A DNA stretch of 64,000 nt from Balanoglossus misakiensis. Its lineage: Eukaryota; Animalia; Hemichordata. The DNA lies in NCBI GenBank assembly GCA_040954595.2, contig CM082596.2, forward strand, positions 1,393,854 to 1,457,853, in the 5' to 3' direction. The translations under genes and the position numbers were made by a program. Shown one piece after another: positions 36,401 to 54,810 of this stretch (the first letter of the stretch is position 1; every line of letters starts with the position of its first letter). The notes beneath the pieces are model-generated. The model made no database searches. It was not told the DNA's origin and saw only the letters and a program-made list of their open reading frames with translations.

Positions 36401-39400
36401 TACTATAAAGATATTTGCCTACTCACAAATCCCGGAATACTCCAGACAAATTCAACGTCAAGTACACAATAACCAAAACTGACCTCATTTCACTACTCCA
36501 TATTGCTTCCGGAGTATCAAACTCTCCCAGGTAAATCTCGGCAAACTTCTCAGCTCCGTGATTTTCAAGGTAATGAACCATGGCTTCTGGTAACAGTGGC
36601 CCCAATACACTCCTCTGCATAATATCTGAACTCTTGTTCTGTGACAAACAGAATTAAAGGAAAACTGTCAAAATGTGACAATATTTTATGCTGGTGTTTA
36701 TAAACAAAGGTGAACTGAATGTCAGCAACTCAACTTAAATTTTCTTGGGAGATTCTTTGTCTATTCAGCACATCCTTATCAACAGAATTTGGATTCACAA
36801 ACACATTCAACATTCATATTTTTATAATGACTTACCTCCTCAGCACGGAATGCTTGTTTGAGATGTGTGTACTGAAGAAACCTTCAAAGAAAAAGTACAA
36901 AATTTGGTGAAAATTATTTCTTTCACCACCATGGTTTGGACCAAATCCATTGTTTCCTGTGGTAAGTTGGACCACTGTACAGTGAAATGGGGATGGATGG
37001 GTTAAACTAAAGACAACTTACCTTCCTATTGGCAAGACATTAGAACCAGTGTACATAAGGATGAAGAAGAATGTTCCTGCCAAGTAGAGTCTTGATAACT
37101 GAGGATTGTCCATCATTATGAGATAGAGCAACAGCGCCACCTTCTCCACTAACACTGGGTCAAAGGTCAACAACAGCTGTAGGGGAAGGTGGGATAGGAA
37201 ACATGAATGAGAGAGTGTGTGGACATAGCTTTTTTAGCATAAAGAGGGCCCGGCTTAAAGTCAAAGTTTTGGTCAAGCGCCCACATATTGCACACACTGT
37301 CTCTGATGTCTGAAATCCATTAGAAGACACTGACCTGTACTATGTGTGGCATGCAGGTTGCTTCTGATAAGATCCGTTTTGGTCTTGGCAGAGGTCTCAC
37401 TATAGCACCATCACTGTCCCTGTCGATGAAACATACAAAGTGTAAGTACTTCCATGGATATCACCACAAATAAACTGAATGTACGGTACTCTCTGAAACA
37501 GTAATATCACTATCATAAACTTCTTTGTCATAATTTCTGAGTTGCCTACCTGCTAGGGTAGTATTCACAAATCTTGATCAGCATATTCAATATGAGTGTG
37601 GCCAGGTCACTTTCATTCATGACAGCCTGCCCTGAAGCAAACAGACACCATTTCAGCTGCGGGATTGTATGCAATGGCCTCCAACCATCCATACCCTGTG
37701 CCCAACATCTGGTCTTGGGAGTCAATACACCCTCCTTCCAGTAATCTTTCATCTGTGAATAAGAGAAGATTTCAAAGATACAAAGCAAAGCTTAAACTCA
37801 CTGTACTCTGACCCCAAATGATGACATATATTACCTCTTTGAAACTGTACGGTCCAAGTCTTTCTTTCTCGACATTTCCAAAATACCATTCTTTTTCTGT
37901 GTCTCTCTCCATATCTGGTGATGCCTCGATTACATTGGACTGAAAAAAAATAGAAGAAATTAATTTGTTTATGAACCTTTTTGGCACCAAGTGTTAATGG
38001 TGGTGTGTTAAGCTATTACACAGTGTTCTACCTCATGCTACAAACTGCACATCCCACAATATGTAATTGGTCGCTAATGCAGATGTGTATAACATTCATC
38101 AGATTGTAATGTTCAAATCTCTATATTCAATGTAGTATGTTCATATGTATGTTTTACCTGTAGTGGTACCGTCGCTCTGGTTGTGTGCAGATGAGCCAAC
38201 GTCAGTAAATCTACAAGTATCTTGATTCCATTGGCATCCATCAACTCTTTCACGTTCCTTCTGTTTAGGATGAGTTTATTCAGGAACTGAATCAAACGAT
38301 CCCTTTCTAGTTTGTCTGCACTCTGCAATCGTAGACATAAAAATACAGAATAATATATTCTTCAAGGAATTTATGACAAGCTAGGGGGTCACATCACAGG
38401 ACCCTGAGGTGCATTATGGGTAAAAAGTAGACAACATCGTTGTTTCTTAATGTCTCTGTGTCTGTTTAACTCACCCTTTCAAGCATTCCAACGATGTACT
38501 TGGTATCATTGAAGGCACCAATTTCTTCATAACATCTGCCGTAGACTACAGCCATTGCTTGTAAACACATACATTTCATGGGTATTTTGTTGGTCAGAAG
38601 AAACCGGTGATATAAGTCATTGAAGAATTCATACCTACAATACAAATTGCAAAGAGTGAGGACACATGAATACCATAGTCAAAGAATACATTCTCCATCA
38701 ATGATTGACAGGTGGTACATTGTATGCAAACTTGTTGCAATCTTTTTAACCAACAAATACTTACGATCTCTTGATTGCACGTGTTTCTTCGTTCTCGTCT
38801 TCTTCAAGTAAAAGTCGTAAATAATAGTCACCAATTTTGATTTCTTCAGAAAGGCACTCGTAGCGAACTTCAAACTCTGCGTGATTCCATGAAATCACGT
38901 GTTTGCCTCCGAGATCTTTGTCCACGTTGAAAGCTCTCATCTCTGCTTCTAGCGCGTCTCGTAACTCTTCACGAGTCTGGAAGACCACAGAGAGATAAAT
39001 GTTAAATTATGACAAATGACAGTACATGTAATTTGAGTTCACATGCAGCACTGCTACAAAGTTTTCTGTGAATGATTGATGAAATCTGAAACTCCATTTC
39101 TAACCACTTACCTTGTGATTCCATATAAGGTTCGACTTGGCATGGTCTATACTGAATCTGTCAATGTGAAGAGACATTCCATGTCAATTGCTTTGCTAAT
39201 TATTACAGAACAAAAGAAATGATTGCTCTGGTGGTCACAGAAGGAACATTTTGAGATAATTTTGGCTTGAATTAGACTTGTATGTACATTTGTTTTTTGT
39301 AATGACTTACTTGTAGTAAAATAACGGCCAGTTTGCTTCACTCTTTATCCTCTGTCGTCTCTTTCTAAGTACAATGGGTTTCTGAAATAAAATAATAAAA

Positions 39401-42400
39401 TTTTAACAGCTTGCAATCGTGCTAAGGATGATACAGACATTCAGGGAAGGTTTGTACAAATTTTGATATCACAACCTTGTAGTATTATCTCCATTCATAT
39501 CATGAGGAAAATTGAAACATGTTTCTGAACCAATATATGATATGATATGTTTTGTGACTTGGGGAAACTTTGCTGTACATTTGCTTGAATGTCAGATATG
39601 CTGAGCTTATGCATGCTTGTTTGACATGACTGCTGCGTGCTTGCAAGTTTGTCAATTGAAGTTTCTGCAGTCTCGTATTCTCGGTTGTCAAACACAGTGA
39701 CAATTGTTTCAACACAATATTTGCAATGATTTTCAACGTCACTGATTTGAGAACCGAGACTGAGAGACGAGCAAACTCACCGGCATATTCTGTGGAGAAG
39801 TTTTATCGGCATGAAGAGCGGAAAAAGAGAGGAAGACGGGAATAAACACACATGAAAGAATGGTGGTGGCGATGCACAGAAATGTATGTTACAGTGGATT
39901 AATCAAATTAGTTGTTATGGCAACAGATATGTGTGGAAATGGTAGCCACTACAATTGATAAGTCTTGAAGGGTAGCCATAGCAACTGATAACCCTGGAGG
40001 ATATCCATGGCAACTGATAACTCTGGAAAAGGTAGCCATATGGCAACTGATTACTCTATAAAGATGGACAAGACAACTGTGTGTGACATTCTGTAGGAAG
40101 GAAGACATGCAAATTACTTACTGAAGGAGAAAGCTGCCACCAAGGTGTGTAAAGTGGTGAGTAAAAGATGATATCAGTAAGTACATGTATGTAAGTTCCC
40201 AGGTGTAAGGTGCATTAAGAAGATTTTGACCCTTGATATACGCTAGTGTAGTGAACACTTAGGTTTGCAAAGATAAGTACCCAGGTACGGTGCATGATGA
40301 GTTATTATTAACCCTCAAAACTACCAGTTTCAACTATGAAGCCTGAACAAAGGCAAGTTTGTCAAGATTTTGGCACATTTGCAGGTGGTGTGTTTGTCAA
40401 AAATCCTGACCAAGAAAGCTGGACAAGACACATTTGTAAACTACATTTATACAATATATTTTTGCACTACAACGAGCAACTACAGAACCAAATGGAATGA
40501 CATGTGTATATATTTTCCTCATATCAGTGAATCTTACTGTGCAACAGCATGTGTGTATGGAGTTCGAAGCTTAGAGTTAATCAGGTGGAAAATGTTAGTA
40601 GGTGAATTAGTGCTTTACCCAGTGTTTGACTTTCCTCTTGTTGGACAAATATATTCTATTGATAAAATATTAGAAATATCTTACATCATTCTTCTTCTTC
40701 TCTTGCATAAGTTTGGCTTTCCAATGGAGTAAGAAAGTCTCAATTTGTTGTAACTGTGGATTGAGACGGTTTCTATTGGACTGGTCCTGTTGACAGAATC
40801 AATGCCACACAGTTAAATTTCAGTCGTTCAAAGACACATGAATTTGCAAGTACACCATGAATAATTTTTGAATACTTTTTTCAGAGATTTCTTACCTGCG
40901 CAACTTTGACATTGTCTCTGACATGCAGCATATCTTTCTCAGAAGGAACGGCTTCATTGGAATCTAAGTAACTCAACAAACCACTTGGCTGAAGAAAAAA
41001 AAATCAGGTAAATACGATTACAAACTTTATCAACCTCACACAAACATTAATTACTGTCCCACACACTACCAGTGTAAACTACTAGTAACTAATCATAACT
41101 TACCAATAATCTCCTGAGCAGACTCATAGCTGTAGGATGTCCAGTTATCCAAAGAGCTACCAACTGTCTGCTGAGTTGTCGGTTTGCCAACATTCTATTG
41201 TCCACACTCATGGTGAACATGGCTGTGTGTAGGTGACGTGGTAGAGCACCCTCTGCCAGTGCTAGGTCTTGCATCTTAGCAGCGATCTCATTATCGCCTT
41301 CCTAAAGGCCAGGGAATCAGAATAGAATCAAGGTTAGATCACTTTATCGACCTGCTATCTGAGTACACTCAATGTGAACATGCTCCTTTATGAGGTAACC
41401 ACATTGCCTACGTACCTCAATGATAGCTTTCATCACCAGACCAGCTCCCTTCACAATGGCCATTGACGGATGCTGTAAAATACAGACAAAAACATAAACA
41501 TTAACACGCATAGATTACCCTGAAGTGTTTGAACACAACAGATTGGTAACTACAGAAATCCGTGATGAATTTTGGTCTTTGTCATGGAAAGTAAAGTGGC
41601 ACTGTCACTGAAACTGTCTGATTCTTTCAACTAACCTGAAACAGTTTGTAGAGCACTCTACCCTGGCTTGCTACCATTTCTAACAGAGTGTCGAACTGAT
41701 TTCCATCAGTAGTCTCACTGTATGGCGCACACAGTCCAAATGTTACAAAATCTAGCAGTGCGTTTATCACCAAGGCACCAGTACCACGACCCTGGAAAAA
41801 GAAAACATTTTGTAATTACGCTTCAGACAGGTGATATTACCGATATTACATGGTCAACCACATGATAAACTATCAAAGTACATGTACATGGCAATATATC
41901 TCCATGAAACAATCAACTCACCACATGGACATTGAACAGATCCAGAAGACTTTCAAGGAATTTCTTGGATGAGAGTAACGATGATTTATTCAGTTGTTCT
42001 TGCCGCAGTTCATAGTCGTCATGCATCGGCTGCAAAACACAATAATTGGTCAGTGGAAATTTCATCAATTACTCTTTCAAATAGAAGTTTTACATTATGA
42101 TGTGTTCATGTTAAAAGTTACATTAATCATTTCTGGATATCAAATCTCTATCTCGGTTCTACTAGATGGCTATGATGATTACAAACCTGCATGAGTGCAC
42201 ACAGCATATCAATAGCAGCATGGTTGACACCATCATCTCCTCTCTTCAATGCTTTCACAACCTTCACTCCGACCTTCTCACGAAATCTAAACAAAGTTGA
42301 TCAAGAAGATGAATAAATTATGCATACATTTTTGACTTTATGTTACGCATATTAAAGTCTGTTTGGCTATCTTTAACACTGACAACTAAGTCTGCACTTA

Positions 42401-45400
42401 CTTTGGTAATGCTGTGAATGCTTGAAAACCTGCTTTGGACGCCACTAATCGTCTCAACGCATGGAACTGACTTTCCAGGCTTGCCAGTGAGATAGTACTC
42501 TGATCTCCTGTAAATAGAGAAAACAGGTGATAAACAGAGTGAATTGACAAAGAACTGACCAATCAAAAACAACTCACAATAATTCACCACCCCAACCACC
42601 CCTACACATAATGGATTTACCTTCATGTGACAGCAAAGCAGCAATGGCACCATTGATAAGTTTCTCTTTGTTTTCGGCAAAGAATCCCTGCAATGAAGAG
42701 GTCAACACCGGTCAAGAGATGTCACAGTTCACCGATGAATACATTTTTAAATACAGATCATCAATGCTGTATTTCAGAAATACTCTTCTCCGGTATATAA
42801 AGTTGAGGGAATACTACTTACGTCTTGTGTTACTGCGTGCAGTAAACCACTATATGATACATTATTGTTAAATCTATATACTGCATCTGAAAAATTACCA
42901 TCTGAAAAACACAAAACAAAACATTGTAATTTACCCAAAGGTACTTCTTACCAACTTAACTTAGTGCCATGGCAACAAAGATTATTCCAAGTGCAAGAAA
43001 ACTTACTTGGTGGCATTGCTAGAAATCTCAGATGATGACTTTCAACTTCTTCATCTACTGGGATGTACAACGGCGCAAGTCGATGTCCGCGGTTGGTTTT
43101 GGTCATCTTGACACAAATGTCTCTGTTTCCACTAGCCCTGACTCCGTCAAGAACTGTGGCTAGCAACGAATCTCTGTAATACACCACAACAAACATAAGG
43201 TATCAAAGTTGTAATAAACATGAGAGAAGGAACATGCCCTTTTTTACTGTGTGAAACTGCAGGAAAGAATGTGAATCACACATGTGAACCACACACAAAA
43301 AATCATATTGATTCTATATCACTTACATAATCCACAAGCTTCTAATAATTTAAACTGAGACCCTTACCTGTCTGTTGACATGTAGGACCTTTCGTAATTC
43401 TTGACATATTCTAAAGTAAACATCTGAGGGTTCTCTTGACTTCGCACAATTGCAAAAACCTGAAAGACGTCAGATTACAGTCAGAGGTCATAGCCAGTGA
43501 ACAGGAAACAGAACTGAATGTATGTGAGAGATGTGGGCAAAATTATAGGTATGAACAGTGGGTGTAGTGTACAAAAACCCTGTATTGGAAACTGGTCCAG
43601 CAATACTTACATCACAGAGTGGTTTGACAGTGACTACAGCATAGCTAGCAGGATCTCTCTCTACAATACATGTCTCAGTCAGCGCTAAAATACGTTTGAT
43701 GGGTTCCTGGTGTCGAGTGCTCATCTTCTGAACACTGAACTCAGCTAATGACGTCAGACTTTCATCATTGCTACAGACAACAGAAACAAAATTAGTCAGT
43801 TGGAAACCCACTACAAATCCATTGTTTTCTATGGTAAGGTTGGACCTCTAAAGAGGAAACTGGGGGTGAAAGGGTTAATACAGAAAGACATGAAACACCC
43901 ACTTAAAGAGGGCTCGGTATTCTCTACAGAGACAAAAAGAACTTACCCATATTTTCCTAGCCTCCTGATTGCAAACTGCTCAAACGTGATTGGTTCTTTT
44001 CTAAGTTTTAATGATATGCCGATGTGACATCCCGCATGTTCTATTGCACTTTTGATCAATTCTTGTCTCATTTCACAGGCAAATAAATGCTGAAATAGAA
44101 AGGTCATAATAACAGGTTTGTATCCAGGTACAAAAGCAGAGAAACTGACACACACGAAATTCATTATCTCCTGCATTTCATTCTTGACTTTCAAGCTAAG
44201 GACAATCACTTACAAGTCTGTTGAATCCACCATGAATGATAGCAAAGCCACCTGGGTAATCTGACACCTGAGATTAAAACAAACAAACAAACAAAGGTTA
44301 CAGGTCATATTTCAATGATTCCAAGTGCAAACGTTTTCAGAAAAAGACAGCAAGGATAGGGAAAGACTGACTAGACAAACACAGATAGGCAGCCATGTAT
44401 GGTTGCTATATAAACTGAAACACTACATCATCTGTTGCTACGATACCAATGTACTCTGATAACAAAAATAGCATGACCAGGTTACCATAGCAACTTACCA
44501 GTGTAAATCCTTCAATGTCTTTGTATTCATATCTTGTTAACACCCTGTTAGTAGCGGGATCTACTTGATTCAGAGAGGCAGGGGTGATTTCTAACAAAAC
44601 TGGTATCCTTTTCTCGCTCCAATGATGTTTGTAAGCATTGTATTTCTGAAAATAATGTATGAAAAAATATGGAGATTATGTTGCTGAAGACCAACAGGAC
44701 AAACGGATTGTAAAGCAACGTTTTCTAATATGGTCTTCTGTTGAATTACCGGTAATAGTGAAAACAATTTGACAATTATTCTGGCACAATGAATTAATTT
44801 TTTGCCACTCACCTTTTCTGATCCTTTCTTGTACTCTGCGAAGTCTTTGTAAAAATGCTGTCAAAACAAAAATGCAGATTTCATAACTTGAATTCCTTGA
44901 AAAATCTTTATACTGAGCTTCTAAATTCTTCCCCGAGCTTTACTGGGCCTTCAGTACAAAATGCTGAAAGTGGTTGCAAGATGAGCCTATACTGATATTA
45001 TCACAGGCGATCAAAATATCAATTGACCAAATGGGAACTGGCTGTGATAAATCGACAGATAAGAAGTCATTGGTGCTCTGTAGATGATTAATGTGGCCAA
45101 TCATCTTCATCGTATATTCATGTATCATTTGCATGTACTTACTAGTGCCTCAGTCAGAACATCAGCCCTGTGTTCTGTGGAAAACCTCATCGTCTCATTT
45201 TTCTTGCCTTTTTTGAAGGTGATAATGAATTCTGTGTTTGTCTGTGCTTTGGCATTGGGAGCAATGCCACAGAAATCTGTGTACATCCACTGCAAAACAA
45301 AGAAAATGTGGCTGTTTGACCTCTGGTAATATTTTATTTACTGCATGCATATCACTGTTTTCAAAACCCTTGGACTACTCAGTAGATAACTATTTCAAGT

Positions 45401-45810
45401 ATTGATATTTCATACAGTTTAATACATCATCAATATTTGACCTGCTGACAGATGCAATCCAGGAATAACAAGATTTCACACGGTTCAACAACAGATCCAA
45501 GCAATCAATGGCATTTTAACATCATAGCTACTACATGTATTTATTGATTTCTTAGTTCTTCTTCTCACCTGATTTGTGAGTTCATAACTGCCTGGATTGT
45601 ATGTTGTTATTCCCTTGTTTCCGACAGAAAATACTCTCTTGTATCTGAAATAACAATACACATTTTAGTATAAAATTTTATTTGAGATTGGTGGCAGAGA
45701 TGATGTTGATCGTTTGTTTTCACTTACTTTCCTCTCCATGAATGCTTGGTGGTGAAATAACAACTAATATCTTGGTTGTCTTGTCTAATGTTAGTCTTTG
45801 GGGTCTCCAT
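27435..45810 (-). CDS. DNAJC13: DnaJ homolog subfamily C member 13 (RME-8), about 50 exons
   Basis: N-terminus [36 protein letters not shown]. It has IWN repeats ([25 protein letters not shown]), a GYF-like [11 protein letters not shown] segment and a J-domain HPDKNP near 35660-35680. It ends [11 protein letters not shown]...HEEIHD* (TAG 27435-27437). Confidence 0.97.
27950..28161. repeat. ~210-bp element bounded by inverted repeats (MITE-like), each arm carrying an octamer motif
   Basis: atttgcatatcaatat (27950-27965) is the exact reverse complement of atattgatatgcaaat (28146-28161). Imperfect similarity continues inward for about 15 bp. Confidence 0.55.
28721..29846 (+). mobile_element. 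Tx1/L1-clade non-LTR retrotransposon ORF1 (gag-like, ZCCHC3-like: RRM-type region plus 3 CCHC knuckles and a degenerate 4th), no ORF2, antisense within a DNAJC13 intron
   Basis: [58 protein letters not shown] matches the Tx1 ORF1/ZCCHC3 pattern. The region is intronless and GC/CpG-rich compared with its flanks. The ATG at 28721 joins the long frame only if one G of the G6 run at 28771-28776 is removed. Confidence 0.85.
36914..37005. mobile_element. Degenerate ~90-bp piggyBac-like non-autonomous element (family copy 1)
   Basis: Reverse-complement similarity to 48359-48449 (atggtttggacca..ccattgtt..tggtaagttggacc..) and ends in GGGTTAA. Confidence 0.6.
39781..39789 (-). other. DNAJC13: 9-nt in-frame microexon candidate of DNAJC13 (encodes NMP)
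   Basis: Minus strand reads tcttcctctctttttccgctcttcatgccgataaaacttctccacag|AATATGCCG|gtgagt, and it lies in a phase-0 intron between ...KKKND and KPIVLRKRR. Confidence 0.6.
39911..40060. repeat. ~30-bp minisatellite built on RFX X-box motifs
   Basis: Units contain gttgttatggcaac, gtagccactacaat, gtagccatagcaac, atatccatggcaac and gtagccatatggcaac; the last four are followed by tgat. Confidence 0.7.
43814..43878. mobile_element. Truncated copy of the ~90-bp piggyBac-like element (copy 2)
   Basis: caaatccattgttttctatggtaaggttggacctcta...gtgaaagggttaa matches the copies at 36914 and 48359. Confidence 0.6.
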
Positions 45811-46805
45811 ATTGACAGAATAGCTGCTATTTTCACATCTACTGGAGGAAACAGAACAAAATTAACCCACCATTAGACGTACATTGCCCCTTTCAATTTC
45901 ATGTCTGTTAACATTTGTGTTACATATATGACTCTCGGCCAAGGATATGTTGGCAGAGAATACAAATCAAACATAGCTTATCTAGTGTAAATGTGGTCTG
46001 CAGTTAATGCAATGTTCCTCGTGACTCACGTCATATATTTAGTATATTAAATACACCTGACTCAATAATAGCCACTAGTTATATATAAGTGTACTTCCTT
46101 CGCATATATAGTACGTACAATAATCACTCACTTTACACCACTAGATTAAATCTACAGTTCTTTTGAATTTAACATAAGCTCATGTGAAATATACCATTAC
46201 TTAAATTACATATATAATATGTTTTAAAAATTGATGTAATATTTAATTGAAATATCATCACTTATGATCAATTTCGGGTGAAACCGATAACGTAAACACA
46301 TCCCAATATATTTCACATCTATCTTACTACTGTTTACTTCCTTGGTTTGATTTGACATTAAATAGCTACTTATTTGTTTACAACTAGTGGTCACAGGACA
46401 TCTACCGTCATTATTACCGTTACGTGTACGGTGATCTCTGCTCATTTCACAGGTCAATCACCTATCTATTTTCTTTCATGGCACATTGATTATCGACGGT
46501 GACATCTTCAAATGATGATAAAAACAATATGACACAACTTTTACTTAAGCCTATGACTCGCGGGAGTCTCTCGATAAATATAATTTTGCCCCCTTCGCTA
46601 TTAATTTTAATATCGCATATACATCCTTCGACTGGGGTCCCTCCCCTTTTTCCGTCTGCCAACTCGTCGGAGTGAAAACGTGTACCGGGTTTCGGTCTCC
46701 CGTGAGTTTATTATTCGACAACGTCGAAAAATGTCATATGTGTAACATCCGACGGATAAACGCTGCTGTGATACGCGGGTTCGTAGATATATAAGTGGAC
46801 CATAC

Positions 46806-46910
46806 CTGAACGTTGACGATGTAGACGCTCATAAGATACGGCAAACAGAAAGTTCACTCCTCCGCCGCCATCTTGGTTATGTGCTCATTGAGGCCCCCTA
46901 GCTTAGTGCC
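46806..46910 (-). promoter_or_regulatory. DNAJC13: DNAJC13 promoter and non-coding first exon
   Basis: CpG-rich. Contains the YY1 motif CAAGATGGCGGC (minus, ~46864-46875) and a donor CAG|gtatgg at 46806/46805. Confidence 0.6.
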
Positions 46911-48358
46911 ATGTTGTATGTGATATCCTTCTTTAGAGAGGGGTTCTCCTCACAAATTTCTTACGATATTCGTCGTCCAATCTACTGAAAATATGGTATG
47001 GAGAGAATTTGAGAAAGTTATTGCTACTTATAACAAGTGAAATATTAAATCCGTATTGATTTTTAGTATTAACTTAGGCAGCCTTTCTTGACTCACTTGC
47101 ACGAGGGATGAAATGTACATGTACTGTACATAGCACTTAGCATGCAGTACAGTACTGGGGTAAAGCTCTCACGAAGGAATGTGATGAGCTATACCAAGAC
47201 AGCAGAAGAATTATGTACATATGCTTCGTTCCTCTGCACCATATTCTTTCCCTCTGTCAGTAGCTGGGTTTCTAGGCTCAGAACTACCTGCAAACTTGGC
47301 CAATCCTGTTGGGGACATTGTCGTCCATCATGGGATCCTACTTGGTATAATAAATCTGTCCAATGGATTCTAACGGATATTAAAGTCTGTAAAAGCTTGA
47401 GAACTGTTGCACGCATTACCTCAATTAGCAATATTGGCATTTGTTCTGAAAATGCATGCCAGATGTTGATGATTGACTTTGTGTTCAATTAAAGTTGACC
47501 AAAAATTGGCCTCTTACTCAAACTATTAGTCCAATTGCTTTAGCTCCCATCATCCATTTTCTTTCTTTTTGGTCAATACTGGTAAATCTTAAACCACTTG
47601 GGAAGAAGGGACCAGATGCCTGACCATTTTACCATATTAAAACTGATAATACTTGTATCATTCAAGATTGAATTGAGAGAATTTTTCCTATCCACTCTGA
47701 TTTATCTGATCATAATAAATCAAAATACCAACACCACATTCAAACAAGAACAAGCGGATTCAGTTTATGATTCAATAGAAAGGTTTGTTTTTATTGAAAA
47801 CTAAATGACTCTAACTTGTAAATCATAATAAAGCTATGAACACATCTACTAGAATAAAAAACTCTGAATAAGGAAAAACAAGATAAAGCCAAAAAAGAAT
47901 CTGAGTAATAGTTGGTAGTTGTTAATACCCAGTTTGTAAGTTCAGAAAGATAATGACACAAATGATGAGATCTTTAATACTGATGATCTGAACAATGTAA
48001 CAAACAAATTATAACTGGAGGAAAGGTTTGAAAAAGCTACAATGTAACAGTACTGTGATTGCATAGTAACACAATAGCTTTTTATAAGAACAAAAAAGTA
48101 CAAAAAAACTAGCGTACAAATGTTAATCACGAACAGTGAAAAATCTGAAATATTAACAAAATTAACATCTCTTTAATTGGTTTTGAACTGGTACATATAT
48201 ACTACATACTTTTCATAATAAAAACTGTTAATAAATATTTCTATATTTATCGAAAATCTAACCCTACTATCAACAGTACCCTGTCTATGGCCACATGCAC
48301 AACATATGGTATGGATCAGGCAGATATCCTCCAGAGAGGATGGGGTTTTGGAAGAAGT

Positions 48359-48449
48359 GTAACCCTTTCACCCATTTTCCTGTATAGAGGTCCAACTTTA
48401 CCATAGACAACAATGGAGTTGGACCAAACCATTGTGGCGAAAGGGTTAA
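48359..48449. mobile_element. ~90-bp piggyBac-like non-autonomous element (copy 3), in the HELLS 3' UTR region
   Basis: Ends are (g)TAA-CCCTTTC ... GAAAGGG-TTAA: a TTAA target duplication with CCC/GGG termini. Confidence 0.7.
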
Positions 48450-48626
48450 TTGGCAGTGCAAAGCCAAAAATGGCAGTTTTGACGGAACATGGGCATGATG
48501 GGGTCATTGTTTTTGCTTTGCTGTCAACAGAACCCCCAATTGGATTTTTCAATACAATCTATGACTGGTAGGCAAACAAATAGGTTTGATGTACACATCT
48601 GACTTTCAAAAACTGTCCTTTCTCTC

Positions 48627-54011
<5,385 letters not shown>

Positions 54012-54670
54012 TTTGAATTCACTGTGAAAAAAATAGAAAATCATTTACAAACTACACATATGTGTCAGCATCTATGAAAAGTAACACCATGTTTATCTAA
54101 TAGTAATGCCATGAACAGAAAGGGGCAACATCGTCAAAGCTATAATAACATCATGATGTACGTTTCATTTCTACAGTAACATTTTATCAACTTATAAGTA
54201 TATACAGTACATGAAGCACTGTGAAGACACACCCCCTAGCCCTCATCACAGCCTGTGTTAGCATGGAAGTAAGGTGTCAAGTACTGTTTCAATGTACCGC
54301 CAATGGCCAATTGTTTGGTCTATGTTGATCACTGTTCAATTTCAATAGATCGGTTTCATTTACCAAACATTTCCAAACAACAAGATAAACACGTTCGACG
54401 CAGCGTTAGAGCTCAGTGCTTCCAACAACAACGACATACACGCGGATCGCTCCAGTTTTCTTTTTTAAAAGGTCTGCAGGACACGGCACATTCGCATGTG
54501 CATGATACAATCACAAAGTTGCATGGGCACTTCCGGTTTTAAAAGCCCGGTCACAGTTGCTGAGAATTTGCTGATTACGCAAAATAATGCCAATAAAACG
54601 GGATACTAGTGCTAACTGCAAACTCCCAACTGTGGAATGGAGTAATTTCTTCCAAAATTGTGTCTCTTAC

Positions 54671-54810
54671 CCGTAATATTTTCCGCTGACAAGCGAAAAC
54701 TTCAAGAGATGTCGATCTCTAGACGTACACACTGACACTCCTCTCTCCAACGCGTACGCGCAGCTGTTTTCGTAACAAGCCCACGTGATTAAAAACTCCC
54801 GCCACTTCTG
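54671..54810 (-). promoter_or_regulatory. HELLS: HELLS non-coding first exon and E2F-type promoter
   Basis: Donor at 54671/54670, CpG-rich, CACGTG at 54782 and an E2F-like TGGCGGGAG on the minus strand (~54796-54804). Confidence 0.55.

Noticed and set aside
39911-40060. CRISPR-like interpretation of the spaced repeats
   Set aside because: Eukaryotic intron, contiguous degenerate units without unique spacers, and no cas genes.
40110-40135. Possible recursive splice site or second microexon (ttctccttcagtaagt on minus)
   Set aside because: The AG and GT share one G, so it is not AG|GT, and no frame-preserving exon could be defined.
47142-47492. Overlapping 116-aa and 99-aa ORFs between DNAJC13 and HELLS
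   Set aside because: No domain or splice support; likely chance or decayed repeat.
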